NCBI GenBank assembly: GCA_965602015.1
Contig: OZ271918.1
Coordinates: forward strand, 800,001-864,000
Source: Salinispira sp.
GTDB lineage: Bacteria > Spirochaetota > Spirochaetia > DSM-27196 > Salinispiraceae
DNA: 64,000 bases
Reading direction: 5' to 3'
Shown here: piece after piece, positions 9,485 through 19,498 of the stretch
How positions within the stretch are numbered: position 1 is the stretch's first letter
Layout of the letters: every line of letters starts with the position of its first letter
Notes under the pieces: generated by a model
Told to the model about the DNA's origin: nothing
Databases searched by the model: none
The model's input: only the letters and a program-made list of their open reading frames with translations
Made by a program: the position numbers and the translations under genes

Positions 9485-11128
9485 ATGAGAATATTACTCA
9501 AGGAACGATTTGCTGATTTTTCACTCCGCCGGGAAATTTTCGGTGGACTCACCACTGCCGTGGTGTCGCTTCCCATGGCCATCGCCTTCGGGGCATCATC
9601 CGGGGCCGGTGCCGAGGCCGGATTATACGGCGCTATTATTCTCGGGTTCTTCGCCGCGCTGTTCGGCGGAAGCCGAACCCTGATTTCCGAGCCCACCGGC
9701 CCGATGACAGTCTTGATGACCGCGGTCATTATGGGGGCAATTGCCGATCATCCGGAAAACGGCCTGGTGTTGGCGTTTAGCGCCGTAATGGTGGCCGGAG
9801 TGGTTCAAATTCTTTTTGGCACCCTAAAACTCGGCAAATATTTCACCATGATGCCCTACAGCGTGATTTCCGGCTTTATGTCGGGAATCGGCGTCCTTCT
9901 TATACTAAACCAGCTTCCCTCCCTGGCGGGTTCAGTGGAGTCGGGAGCGAATGTCTTCCAATCCATCAGCGTGAGCTTCCGGGCGTTAGCCAGCCCCAAT
10001 TGGGTCGAGTTAAGCATTTCCGGGGCGTCCCTGCTAGTGCTGTTCGGTATTCCCCGGCGAATTCAGCGCTATGTGCCGTCCCAGCTCATAGTGCTGGTGC
10101 TGGGAACCGCCGCAGCCGCCCTGTTATTGCCCGCAGCCGCCTTCCGCAGCGTGGGGAATATCAACTTCACCCTCCCGGCCATAAATCTGCCGAGAATCCC
10201 CCTGGACATCTGGCCTGAGATTTTGGTGAACGGGGCCATACTCGGCATTCTGGGGAGCATCGATACCCTGCTGACAGCCATGATTGCCGACAGCCTGACA
10301 AGGGAACAGCATAACAGCGACCGGGAGCTCATCGGGCAGGGAATAGGAAACCTGGCCTCCGGGCTCTTCGGGGGACTGCCCGGCGCCGGAGCGACCATGG
10401 GAACGGTGGTCAATATCCAGACCGGCGCCAGGACGCCGGCGGCCGCAATGATCCGCGCCGGAACCCTCATAGCTCTGGTTTCGGTGTTCGCCCCCCTTGT
10501 GCGATTCGTCCCCATGGCTGTGCTCGCGGCAATTGCGGTGAAGGTCGGCTTCAACATCCTCGACTGGAGCTTCCTCGGGCGGGCCCACAAGATTTCCCGA
10601 GCAGCCAGTTTTATTATGTACGCCGTTTTACTGCTCACGGTTTTTGTCGACCTGTTGGTGGCCGTGGGGGTCGGGGTGTTTATCGCCAATGTCCTGACGA
10701 TTGAGCGGCTTTCGGCTCAGCCGGCGACCCGGGTCCGCAGCATAGACCCCAGCGGCGACCCGGTGGTGGTCAACGCCGAGGAGAGGGAACTGCTTGAGGC
10801 TCTGGGAGAGTCGGTGGTGCTGTTTCACTTGAGCGGACCCATGATATTCGGGGTCGCCCAGGCCATCGCCCGGGAGTCGTCCCTCATGAGGGAGTCGGCC
10901 TCCGCCCTGATTATCGACCTCACGGAAGTTTCGTTTCTCAGCACCACGGTGAGCCTTGCCCTGGAAAACATTATTCTCGACGCCAGGTCCAGTGATCAGT
11001 CGGTGTACATAGCCGGAGCCAGTGTGGAGTCCCGGGCAAAAATGGAGAAGATCGGCGTGAGTTCGCAGCAGGTGCAGTACAGCGACTCTCGGCTCGATGC
11101 GTTGAGAAGCCTCAGTCCGCCGGCATAG
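9485..11128 (+). CDS. SulP/SLC26 anion transporter, BicA-like bicarbonate transporter with STAS domain
   Basis: LPMAIAFG..SGAG..AGLYGA, ISEPTGPMTV, IDTLLTA, GAGATMGTVVNI; C-terminal STAS (GPMIFG). Confidence 0.9.
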   Translation: MRILLKERFADFSLRREIFGGLTTAVVSLPMAIAFGASSGAGAEAGLYGAIILGFFAALFGGSRTLISEPTGPMTVLMTAVIMGAIADHPENGLVLAFSAVMVAGVVQILFGTLKLGKYFTMMPYSVISGFMSGIGVLLILNQLPSLAGSVESGANVFQSISVSFRALASPNWVELSISGASLLVLFGIPRRIQRYVPSQLIVLVLGTAAAALLLPAAAFRSVGNINFTLPAINLPRIPLDIWPEILVNGAILGILGSIDTLLTAMIADSLTREQHNSDRELIGQGIGNLASGLFGGLPGAGATMGTVVNIQTGARTPAAAMIRAGTLIALVSVFAPLVRFVPMAVLAAIAVKVGFNILDWSFLGRAHKISRAASFIMYAVLLLTVFVDLLVAVGVGVFIANVLTIERLSAQPATRVRSIDPSGDPVVVNAEERELLEALGESVVLFHLSGPMIFGVAQAIARESSLMRESASALIIDLTEVSFLSTTVSLALENIILDARSSDQSVYIAGASVESRAKMEKIGVSSQQVQYSDSRLDALRSLSPPA

Positions 11129-11173
11129 GGAAAAAATGCTTCGTCACATCGATTGTATTGACAGGGGAAGACC

Positions 11174-12097
11174 GTGACGCTGTTCCTCACCTCCCTGGCT
11201 CAGGTCCTGCCGCTTTTTGTGCTGATACTGCTGGGCTTATTCCTGCGCAGGGGCGGGGTAATAGACGACGCCTTCGTTTCGGGAGCATCCCGGCTGGTGT
11301 TCCGCATCGCCCTGCCGGTCATGGTTTTCCGTCGGCTGTCGCAGATAGACTCAATACCCGCGGAACTGTTTGCCGGCATCGGCCTGTTTGCCGCTGTGAC
11401 CCTGCTGGTCTTTGTCTCGTTATGGATATTTCTTCGACGCATTCCCGGGCCGCAATGGGCCGCGGCCATACAGGGGGCATTCCGCAGCAACATCGCAATA
11501 ATCGGATTGGCGGTAATAGAAAACAGCTACGGGCCCCGGGCCTTGGCCCTCGGGGCGGTTGTGCTTGCGGCTATTATGCCGCTGTACAACCTGCTGGCTA
11601 TTACCGTCCTCAGCCACGGGGCGCACCGCAATGAAGGCTCTCTCTGGCTCAAGGTGGCCAGGGAAGTTTCGACCAATCCCCTGTTGTGGGCGGTGGCGGC
11701 GGGGATTTTCGCCTCGCTTGTGTCCCTGCCCCTGCCCACTGGCGCCCAGCAGGTTCTGGATTACCTGTCCCGGCTTACTCTGCCCTTGGCGCTTATCAGC
11801 ATAGGGGCATCCCTAAGCGTCAAAGGCCTGGTTCACCGCCGCGGCCTGTGGGCCCTGGCCTCCGCGGTAAAACTCGTGGTTATTCCCGCTCTGGTGTATG
11901 CCGGCGGACTGCTTACGGGCATTGATGGTGATCTGCTCCGAGTTCTGGTGTTGACCTCCGGCTGTCCGACGGCGGTGGCCAGCTTTGTGATGGCCCGGGC
12001 CATGGGCGCCGACAGTGAGCTTGCCGGCGAGATAATCAGCGTGACCACTCTCCTGTCGGTTCTGACCCTTACCGGATGGATTAGCATTGTAGCCTAG
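11174..12097 (+). CDS. AEC (auxin efflux carrier) family transporter
   Basis: LVFRIALP, FRSNIAIIGL, NPLL, LPLALISIGASL, PTAVASFVMA; about 10 hydrophobic segments. Confidence 0.9.
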   Translation: MTLFLTSLAQVLPLFVLILLGLFLRRGGVIDDAFVSGASRLVFRIALPVMVFRRLSQIDSIPAELFAGIGLFAAVTLLVFVSLWIFLRRIPGPQWAAAIQGAFRSNIAIIGLAVIENSYGPRALALGAVVLAAIMPLYNLLAITVLSHGAHRNEGSLWLKVAREVSTNPLLWAVAAGIFASLVSLPLPTGAQQVLDYLSRLTLPLALISIGASLSVKGLVHRRGLWALASAVKLVVIPALVYAGGLLTGIDGDLLRVLVLTSGCPTAVASFVMARAMGADSELAGEIISVTTLLSVLTLTGWISIVA

Positions 12098-12205
12098 TGA
12101 TCTGGCGGTAAGAGTCCGGATTGGCGCATGTGAGCTAAGCTTTCGGGTTATGCTAACCGGGGCTAAGCGCCCTTGATCTTGCGTCGTTCTTGACGGTATT
12201 ACTTA

Positions 12206-12916
12206 ATGGCTATGCCTATAAAAAGAGTCGGGAAATATCTCGAATCTGATGACCTTGGGAACTACCCCTCTCTGGGTATTGAATCTTCGCTCCTCAAGCC
12301 TTGCATACGGGAAATTCGACGGCGGAAAATCCCCGGTGTCTTCGGCTGCCCTGCGTTCGGATTCAAGGAACAGAATTTGGATTTCCTGAATGCCATGCCA
12401 TTTGTCAGGCAGGTCTGGTTTTGGGAAGTTCGATTGGACTCAATTGACGGGCTGAATAGTCTCGACCAGCTCGAATACTTCGGGGTCCATGATGTGCGTC
12501 CCGGAATAGATTTCTCGCATTTTACCCGATTAAAAAAGGCCGTGTGGCATCCAGTCGATGGGGATTGGGGCCTCGAAAAACTACCTGTGCTTACAGAATT
12601 GGACATGTGGAGATTCAAGCCTTCAACTAAGCGCTATTCGGACTTTAAAGCTCCGGCATCATTAAAGAAGCTCGCTTTGAACTGGTGCAATCCTCATTCG
12701 CTTGAAGGTTTGCCGAAATTGCCGAATCTCCTGGAGCTTCAGGTTCATTACTGTAAAAATCTCAGATCCCTCGACGGCCTGCTATCCGCCGCACCGAAGC
12801 TGCAAAGACTCGTCATAACGCGCTGCCCGAACCTGAAAGATTATTCAATAGTTGAGGGCAGGTCCTGGGAAAAACTCTTTATCAATGTCCGGGGCAGGAC
12901 GCTGTTTGATATTTGA
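12206..12916 (+). CDS. leucine-rich-repeat-like protein
   Basis: repeated L..L..L.l motifs (SLEGLPKLPNLLELQV, LRSLDGL, LQRLVITRCPNL). Confidence 0.7.
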   Translation: MAMPIKRVGKYLESDDLGNYPSLGIESSLLKPCIREIRRRKIPGVFGCPAFGFKEQNLDFLNAMPFVRQVWFWEVRLDSIDGLNSLDQLEYFGVHDVRPGIDFSHFTRLKKAVWHPVDGDWGLEKLPVLTELDMWRFKPSTKRYSDFKAPASLKKLALNWCNPHSLEGLPKLPNLLELQVHYCKNLRSLDGLLSAAPKLQRLVITRCPNLKDYSIVEGRSWEKLFINVRGRTLFDI

Positions 12917-12977
12917 TCAGAATACTGGGGAAGAGAGCCGGAATACCGTGAGAGCCAGCGCCCGTTTTCCCGCGTCA

Positions 12978-13529
12978 TCACAATTCCCGGTCTGACTCCA
13001 CTTCGCCCATTTCCCTGAGCACGTCGAACATATTGGGCACCCGGTGACCGAGGGGGTCCACCGGCCGTTCACCATGGCCGGGCTTCCGCCGGCGCTTTAT
13101 TATCATATTATCGTCTTCGCGCACCCGCAGGTCCCGATAACGGCGCTTCGGCGCCGTCGGCCCCTCCATGCCCCGGAGGGAACAGAGAACCCAGTAGAGC
13201 TCGTTCAGGTCATCGGCGGATTCGCAGACAATATATCGATAGTAACAGTCGCCGCTGATCAGGTACTTCTCTATGTTCCGGTTGGTCCGCTCTGAGGCGT
13301 CGGCTTCGAATCGAATCTCATTTCGCAGCCCGCCGTACCATGCCCTTCCCATCTTGATCAGCCGGGGCTTGCGGGACTGCTCGAGCCAGTACAGTTCCCA
13401 GATTCCCGCCAGCGAGGGCACCGATCCGTTTATCGACCGTCGTTCTACCGGCAGAAGGGGGGACCAGTCCAGATCGTAATACGCGATCTCCCGATGGACC
13501 CGCTTGGACACGCTGTGGGGGGTGCGCAT
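12978..13529 (-). CDS. hypothetical protein (possible degenerate GIY-YIG-like fold)
   Basis: 4 nt downstream of the MinD-like gene; VPSLAGIWEL...IKMGRA..GGLR pattern. Confidence 0.65.
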   Translation of the reverse strand: MRTPHSVSKRVHREIAYYDLDWSPLLPVERRSINGSVPSLAGIWELYWLEQSRKPRLIKMGRAWYGGLRNEIRFEADASERTNRNIEKYLISGDCYYRYIVCESADDLNELYWVLCSLRGMEGPTAPKRRYRDLRVREDDNMIIKRRRKPGHGERPVDPLGHRVPNMFDVLREMGEVESDREL

Positions 13530-13533
13530 CCGC

Positions 13534-14673
13534 CTATCCCTTCCTCATGGTGAGCATGCGAACCGTATTCTGCAGTTCGTGAATCCGTTCTTTTTGGGCG
13601 GCAAGTATCTCTATGAATTCTTCGGTATCCGAGTTCTTCCCGCCCTCCGGCGCGCCGGCCTCTGCCTGCCGGGTAGCCAGATCATTGGAAAGCTCTATGC
13701 GAAGCAGCTCATAGGAATCGCTGTACAGGCTGGTATCCAGGGCCAGATCGGGAAAATCCGGCGACTGGACGATTTTTTGGGCGATCCGGTCGACCTGCAT
13801 GGCCATCAGGCTGTCGGGGGCTTCGATGATATGGGGATTGTGGGCCCGGTAGCTTTTGGCCAGGTCCTCATCGGCCATCACGAATCCCAGGGCTTCAAGG
13901 GAGTAGGTGAGGTTCTTCCCCACGAGGTCGCGAAGGCTCTCGGCGATATTCAGGTCTTCGGAGCTCCGTACCAGGTTCAGTACGAGCTGGGGTTTCAAAT
14001 AGCCCAGAATCCGTTCCGCCCGGTCCGCCTGTACCGGATCCATTTCCCGCATTCCCTTGACTACCGATATGACGCTCACCGGATTGCCCGGCTGCCGCTC
14101 TTTTATTGTCTGGCGGATGTATTTTTCCACCTCGCTGTCCCCGCTGAATGCCCGCATCAGAAAGCGGAAGGTAGTGTTCTTCATAAAACTGTAGGCGTTG
14201 AGTATTGCCCCTACATGGGGGGAGGACACTACGATGCCCGAATTCGAAGCCAGGAAGAAGTCGACGACGTTATTGTTCGCGCCGGAGCCCAGGTCGAGCA
14301 GGATGTAATCCGCCTCTATTCTTTCAATGTGTTTTATTACGCTCCGCTTCTGGGCGAAGGTGATATTCGGCGTGTTGGCAACCAGAACGTCGCCGGGGAT
14401 AAAACGGAGGTTGGGGAAAGGGGTGTCCGACAGGATTTGTTCGAATCCCAGCCTGCGGTCTGATAAAAAGTTACCCAATCCGTAGTTTTTATTCTTGATG
14501 CCCAGCGCAGAGTGGAGGTTAGATCCTCCCAGGTCGAGGTCGATGACCACCGTATTGTAACCCAACTGGCCCAGGCGCACTCCGAGATTGGCGCAGATTT
14601 CGGTTTTGCCCACTCCGCCCTTGCCGCCGGCTATGGGGATTATCTTTGTTGCTCGATTTTGCGTTATAACCAT
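13534..14673 (-). CDS. MinD/FlhG (ParA superfamily) ATPase with C-terminal coiled-coil extension
   Basis: deviant Walker A GGKGGVGKT, DLDLGGSNLH, DYILLDLGSG; C-terminal EILAAQKERIHELQNTVRML. Confidence 0.88.
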   Translation of the reverse strand: MVITQNRATKIIPIAGGKGGVGKTEICANLGVRLGQLGYNTVVIDLDLGGSNLHSALGIKNKNYGLGNFLSDRRLGFEQILSDTPFPNLRFIPGDVLVANTPNITFAQKRSVIKHIERIEADYILLDLGSGANNNVVDFFLASNSGIVVSSPHVGAILNAYSFMKNTTFRFLMRAFSGDSEVEKYIRQTIKERQPGNPVSVISVVKGMREMDPVQADRAERILGYLKPQLVLNLVRSSEDLNIAESLRDLVGKNLTYSLEALGFVMADEDLAKSYRAHNPHIIEAPDSLMAMQVDRIAQKIVQSPDFPDLALDTSLYSDSYELLRIELSNDLATRQAEAGAPEGGKNSDTEEFIEILAAQKERIHELQNTVRMLTMRKG

Positions 14674-14767
14674 TTTTTACCCCGATTGGACCACAATACT
14701 CGAAAATACGAAAAAATGCCACCGCCGATGCTGACAACAGGCAATCGACCCCTTATAGTTATAGTCG

Positions 14768-17398
14768 GTGGAAACTTCTAACAGCAATATGCCTACGGGC
14801 AGCAGAGTCTATCATCTCGACCGCGAGTGCTACGTAATTTACATGGGCAAGGGCGATCGCCAGTACCGGCCGTTCCTGCGCATCGGAACGAGTCCGTTTA
14901 TCCCATCGGATATTCGAAGGCATATCGGATCGGTTGTGCTTCCCGACCGGATGACCGGCGACTACTTTCAGGAAGCCGACTGCCTTGAGCAGCCCATTAC
15001 CCGCAACATGCATTATGTGGGCTCTCCCGAGCTGATAAAGGCGGTCCGCCATTTTATAAGAAAGGATGAAATCGCCCTTCAACCCATTCAGTCGGTGAAG
15101 GACAAACCCGAGGAAACCGGCGCCAAGGTTCACTTCTTTAAAGACGGCAATCTTCGGGTGTTTATGGACGGGCACCGCCTGTTCGACCTGGTTGAACGGG
15201 AGAAAAGCGATAACCACCAGGTTTATCAGTACCGGCGGCTTTGCGAGCTCATCGAAAGTGATACCCATGCTTTTACTGAGGCGGATTTTGAGGATCCCGG
15301 CTTTATTCCCATGGACGGACCCGAGGTGTTTGGATTTGCCAACGGCATTATTGAGATCCACGGTACCGGAGGGGCGAGCGCCGCGCGGCTGGTTTCCCGG
15401 CTGCTGCCCCTGACCCTTGTTCGGCGCTTCGGAGCCCGGGCCAACCGGGACGCCATGTTCTCCCTGGTGAAATGGCACCATGTGGAAAACCGTTCAATCG
15501 AATTCGTTCTCGAAGACCTGAACACCAAAACCGGCCCGACCAGCGACCTCGAGGCCGATCTGTTGGAAATGCTGGACCATATACACGCCAAGGCCAAGGC
15601 AAAACCCGGCCTCGATCTCCCAGCGCCCGCACCCGCCGCCTTTGTCAAAGCCGCATTCGGATCGCGAGTTGACAGTCAGGCCGACGGCCAAACCGACGCA
15701 CAGGCAACGGGCAAATCCGGCGGTGCAATTTTCAACCGCCTGGATCTGCAGGCCGGAGATCCAGGCGGTTCCACTGAACTCTTCCTCGCCGAGGGACAGA
15801 CCTGGCACGGAGGCCGTGAGCCGGCCTTGTTCACCGGGGTTCCGGTACACATCGGCAGTGCTGGAGACGGCCTGTGGAAAAAGGCCGTTTCAGACTCACA
15901 GGAGAGCCTTTCGCGCCTTATGGGCAGCCAGCACCTGGCGGCCATTGAGCAGTTTTCCGGCTATGACGAGAGCGCGAAGCAGCGGCACATCGGACAGCTT
16001 CTCAGTGAGAGCGAGGATCCGGTGGGCCGGCTGGCAGCCCTGCTGTGGATCTGGAACGATCAATATCTTCACGAAGTTGCCGGCGGGTCGCTGTTTAGCT
16101 CCGCGCAGATAGGCCTCATGGCCTCCCTGCAGGATGAGCAGATATTTCCCCTCATCGGCCGTCTGGTGGACAGCGGCGAAGGTTGGGTGACGGTGTACCG
16201 CCTCACCAAAGATATCACCCGAAGCGAACTGCGCCAGCGGCAGCAAATCGTCGAAAAAATCCAAAAACTCCTCGCCTGGAATGACCCCAGGTCCGACTAT
16301 GAAGCCGACCGCCAGCGGCTGAGCGATACCCTAAAAGCCCTCCTGGCTTCAAAGAGCCTTCACAGCAGCAAGCCGAAGCCCCACGCTGCCGCCGACTCTT
16401 CGGCGCAGTCGGACGAAGCCCAGCCCGCTGATTCCCCGCCGCCCCAAAGCGAAGCGGCTGGCGACGCCGAGGGACGTGCTAAAACCGGAGATGGTCAAAC
16501 CGGGGATGTTAAAACCGCCCAGGATAGCGAACGCGATTCTGCAAGCCGGGAAGGTTCGACGGCGTCAGGCGGTGAATCTTCTATCGCCGCAGGCCGCGGA
16601 ACCGCCGATGCCGCCGATCGTGGGTCTTCCGGAAGCGCTGCCTCAGACGCGATTGACGGATCCGGACGCTCGCCCTGGGGAAGCATACTCCTGGGCATCA
16701 TCCTCATAGGCATAATCGCCGTTCTTATATGGCTCATCTTTTTCAGGCAGCCCGTTCCCCCATCCGAAGCTGCCGGCGGCGGCCAGGCTGCGGCGCAGCA
16801 GGAGTCTCCCGCCGATCCGGACGGCGGGGAAACCGGAGCCGGCTCACAGGCTGCCGGACCGGGAAGCGCGGCCTCCGATGAGGAAGTCGGCGGCGTTTCC
16901 GGTGAAACCGGCGACGAAGATGCAGAGCAGCCCCCGGAAACCGGCGGCGCTGACGATGGCACAGATGATTCCAGCGAGGCTGCCGATGATCGGGACGGCG
17001 AAGTCTCAGGCGAAAGCGGTGATTCCCAAAGCGGCGAGGACAGAGCTCCGACGGCAATGGGAGATCAGGGCCCCCGGCGGCCGGAGGATGGCCCCGCAAT
17101 GCCCTTCGAGTCGGTCTGGACCATGGCGGAGATTCTGCGGGTGTCGAACTGGATAGCCGGCAACAACGGTTTTGCCCTTATCGGTCAGACCAGCGACCTG
17201 CGCAGAAACCCCGACTGGATTTTTACCGGGAACGTGTTTACCCTTCCCAACGGTGAAAGCTATGAGGTTCGCGACGGGGACATGATCTGGACCATCGCCG
17301 ATGAATATCTCAGCAATGAATTCGAGAATTCCGGCCTGAGTATTGAGGAATTCCGTGAGAATATTACTGACCTGAACTATAATCAAAATGGAAATTAG
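14768..17398 (+). CDS. large bitopic membrane protein with acidic low-complexity linkers and C-terminal LysM-like region
   Basis: single TM (ILLGIILIGIIAVLIWLIFF); D/E/G/S/A-rich flanks; NPDWIFTG and YEVRDGDMIWTIA LysM half-motifs; CTGACA-17-TATAGT upstream. Confidence 0.75.
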   Translation: METSNSNMPTGSRVYHLDRECYVIYMGKGDRQYRPFLRIGTSPFIPSDIRRHIGSVVLPDRMTGDYFQEADCLEQPITRNMHYVGSPELIKAVRHFIRKDEIALQPIQSVKDKPEETGAKVHFFKDGNLRVFMDGHRLFDLVEREKSDNHQVYQYRRLCELIESDTHAFTEADFEDPGFIPMDGPEVFGFANGIIEIHGTGGASAARLVSRLLPLTLVRRFGARANRDAMFSLVKWHHVENRSIEFVLEDLNTKTGPTSDLEADLLEMLDHIHAKAKAKPGLDLPAPAPAAFVKAAFGSRVDSQADGQTDAQATGKSGGAIFNRLDLQAGDPGGSTELFLAEGQTWHGGREPALFTGVPVHIGSAGDGLWKKAVSDSQESLSRLMGSQHLAAIEQFSGYDESAKQRHIGQLLSESEDPVGRLAALLWIWNDQYLHEVAGGSLFSSAQIGLMASLQDEQIFPLIGRLVDSGEGWVTVYRLTKDITRSELRQRQQIVEKIQKLLAWNDPRSDYEADRQRLSDTLKALLASKSLHSSKPKPHAAADSSAQSDEAQPADSPPPQSEAAGDAEGRAKTGDGQTGDVKTAQDSERDSASREGSTASGGESSIAAGRGTADAADRGSSGSAASDAIDGSGRSPWGSILLGIILIGIIAVLIWLIFFRQPVPPSEAAGGGQAAAQQESPADPDGGETGAGSQAAGPGSAASDEEVGGVSGETGDEDAEQPPETGGADDGTDDSSEAADDRDGEVSGESGDSQSGEDRAPTAMGDQGPRRPEDGPAMPFESVWTMAEILRVSNWIAGNNGFALIGQTSDLRRNPDWIFTGNVFTLPNGESYEVRDGDMIWTIADEYLSNEFENSGLSIEEFRENITDLNYNQNGN

Positions 17399-17504
17399 GT
17401 AAAAATAGGATTTGGAGACGTGCAGTTGCGGTCGTAGACCCGCTGAAAAACATGGCAAGAACAAGGGTTAGCAGCCCGGGGAAGTATCCAAGGAGGAATT
17501 CCAC

Positions 17505-19493
17505 ATGTCAGATCTTAACCACAGCCCGAATATATTCCATCCTACGAAACCGTCAGCGGTGGGATCTCGCAACAGTATGGCGCAGGAAGGCCGGGATCAG
17601 AAAAAGGAGTACGACAACCTGGTCCAGGAGGAAACCAACAAAATCCTCAACGTCATCGAGTCCAAGCTTCCGAAGGAAGTTCTCGAGCGCCTCGATATCA
17701 CCGGCGGTCTGAAGGAAAAACTGTACAACTACTTCAACCAGAACTACCAGAACATGTTCAACCGGTATATCACCACCACTGAAGACGAGATGGTGAAGAA
17801 AATCCGGAACTTCATCGACAAGGAAGAGAACAAGGCTCTGGCCCGCTACACTCCGAAAGAAATCGCCAACATGCTTGACGAGATCGCCGGTGCCGACAAG
17901 TTCAATACCGGTGAAATCGAAAAATCCATTGTCAACATGTACGGTCACCTGCAGGGTCACATTCAGCGGGGGATGAACGACCTGGAGAACGACACCAACA
18001 GCCTGCTGAGGCAGAAAACCGACGTCGGTGCTTTTATCCGCGGGGAAAACGCCTACTCGGTTGTGAAATGTGCATTCAAAGACAGTGCGCATCGGCCGAA
18101 AACCGTTACCGATGTAAAGCTCTCGGTCAACATCCTGGACTCCGAGCTCATCAGTCCCATTTTCCAGTATCAGGCTACAGTTGAGTACCTCATAAAGGAT
18201 CAGATCAGCCGGACCATCACCAATCTCATCGATGCGGAAATTGAGAAATATCAGGACGAGCTGATCGACGAGGGCAAGGAAGAGCTCACTGACTCGGAAA
18301 TCATCTTCGAAAAGATGAGACGGGTGCCCACCTTCACCGATGACGACGCGGCGGACGAAACCAGCAAGCGCTACACCTTCCTGGCCAAGGATCTGATGGA
18401 CAAAATCGAAGGGCTCCGGGCGGAAATCGACCCCAGCCAGTTTGACCCCATCAATATCCGGGAAAACTTGAAGAAAATCATCGACATGGAAAATATCCGG
18501 AACCGGGGTTTTAATACGGTGGTCAATTCGCTTACCTCCATTCTGGACACGTCCAAGATGGGTTATCAGTACGTGGAAAACCTCAAGAATGCCCGGGAAC
18601 TTATCGTGCGGGAATATGAGGACACTGACAGCGAGCAGCTGCCCGACGAGCGCTACCAGATCCGGCTGAAGTATTTCGATGCCGATCAGCTCCACAAGGA
18701 ACAGTCTGCCTATGACGCCCAGCTGGAATCTTTCCGCCGGAAAATTCAGGAGCTGTACGATGTGGTCGAGCAGATATATCTGGACCGCCGAAGCCGCTTC
18801 AATGTCAATGATTACGAAGACCTGTCCCGCCGCCTCAAACGGCGCATCGTCCGACGAAAAGACGAGAGCCCCTTCGACGCATCGGGGGATCCCATCGTCG
18901 AGGAATTAAAAAGAGTGTGGAACGAGATCATCGCCCTCAAGGCCGATCTCACCGAGGTCGAGCGGCTGAATCAGACCTATCTCCACGAAAAGGAACTGTT
19001 CAAAAAAATGCTCAGCGCCATCAGCAAGAAGATCGAGAGCATTTTTGGCTTTCAGAATCCCCGTGAGCGGGTCATTCTGGACAACCGGGTGGGTTTCCTG
19101 CGCAAGCAGTTCGATAATTTCGACTACATCATCAACCCCTATCACATCCAGCCGGGGCTGCTGCTAGATATTGACATCGTCAGTATAAAGAGGAAGAAGT
19201 ACACCCTGGGCAGCATGGCCAACGTACTCAACGAATTCCTCCACGGCGTTTCCAAGGGCTTCCAGGATGCGGCGTTCGCGGCATTCAAGCGCCGCCGCTC
19301 AACGGTCCGCGACGATATCGGCATGAGTTTTTCCGCTGACTATGATCGCGGAGGCGAAATGGAAAACATGGGAACCGACACCATTGCGGCGCCCAAGAGC
19401 TCTTCGAGCAGCACCGCCACGGCAGTGAAGGGCCAGGCCGACGTTTCACCGGGTAAAGGCGATATATCCGGCGACGACCTGCAGGAGCTGTAG
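17505..19493 (+). CDS. cfpA: cytoplasmic filament protein A
   Basis: N-terminus [21 protein letters not shown] matches treponemal CfpA as I recall it; [18 protein letters not shown]; strong AAGGAGG RBS. Confidence 0.92.
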   Translation: MSDLNHSPNIFHPTKPSAVGSRNSMAQEGRDQKKEYDNLVQEETNKILNVIESKLPKEVLERLDITGGLKEKLYNYFNQNYQNMFNRYITTTEDEMVKKIRNFIDKEENKALARYTPKEIANMLDEIAGADKFNTGEIEKSIVNMYGHLQGHIQRGMNDLENDTNSLLRQKTDVGAFIRGENAYSVVKCAFKDSAHRPKTVTDVKLSVNILDSELISPIFQYQATVEYLIKDQISRTITNLIDAEIEKYQDELIDEGKEELTDSEIIFEKMRRVPTFTDDDAADETSKRYTFLAKDLMDKIEGLRAEIDPSQFDPINIRENLKKIIDMENIRNRGFNTVVNSLTSILDTSKMGYQYVENLKNARELIVREYEDTDSEQLPDERYQIRLKYFDADQLHKEQSAYDAQLESFRRKIQELYDVVEQIYLDRRSRFNVNDYEDLSRRLKRRIVRRKDESPFDASGDPIVEELKRVWNEIIALKADLTEVERLNQTYLHEKELFKKMLSAISKKIESIFGFQNPRERVILDNRVGFLRKQFDNFDYIINPYHIQPGLLLDIDIVSIKRKKYTLGSMANVLNEFLHGVSKGFQDAAFAAFKRRRSTVRDDIGMSFSADYDRGGEMENMGTDTIAAPKSSSSSTATAVKGQADVSPGKGDISGDDLQEL

Positions 19494-19498
19494 ACCTC

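Noticed and set aside
12100..12205. possible integron attC site before the LRR gene
   Set aside because: No convincing paired R/L boxes or inverted-repeat structure, and no integrase in the window.
16370..17100. low-complexity stretches in the LysM-like protein as DNA repeats
   Set aside because: Compositional bias (D/E/G/S/A) only; no discrete repeating nucleotide unit was found.
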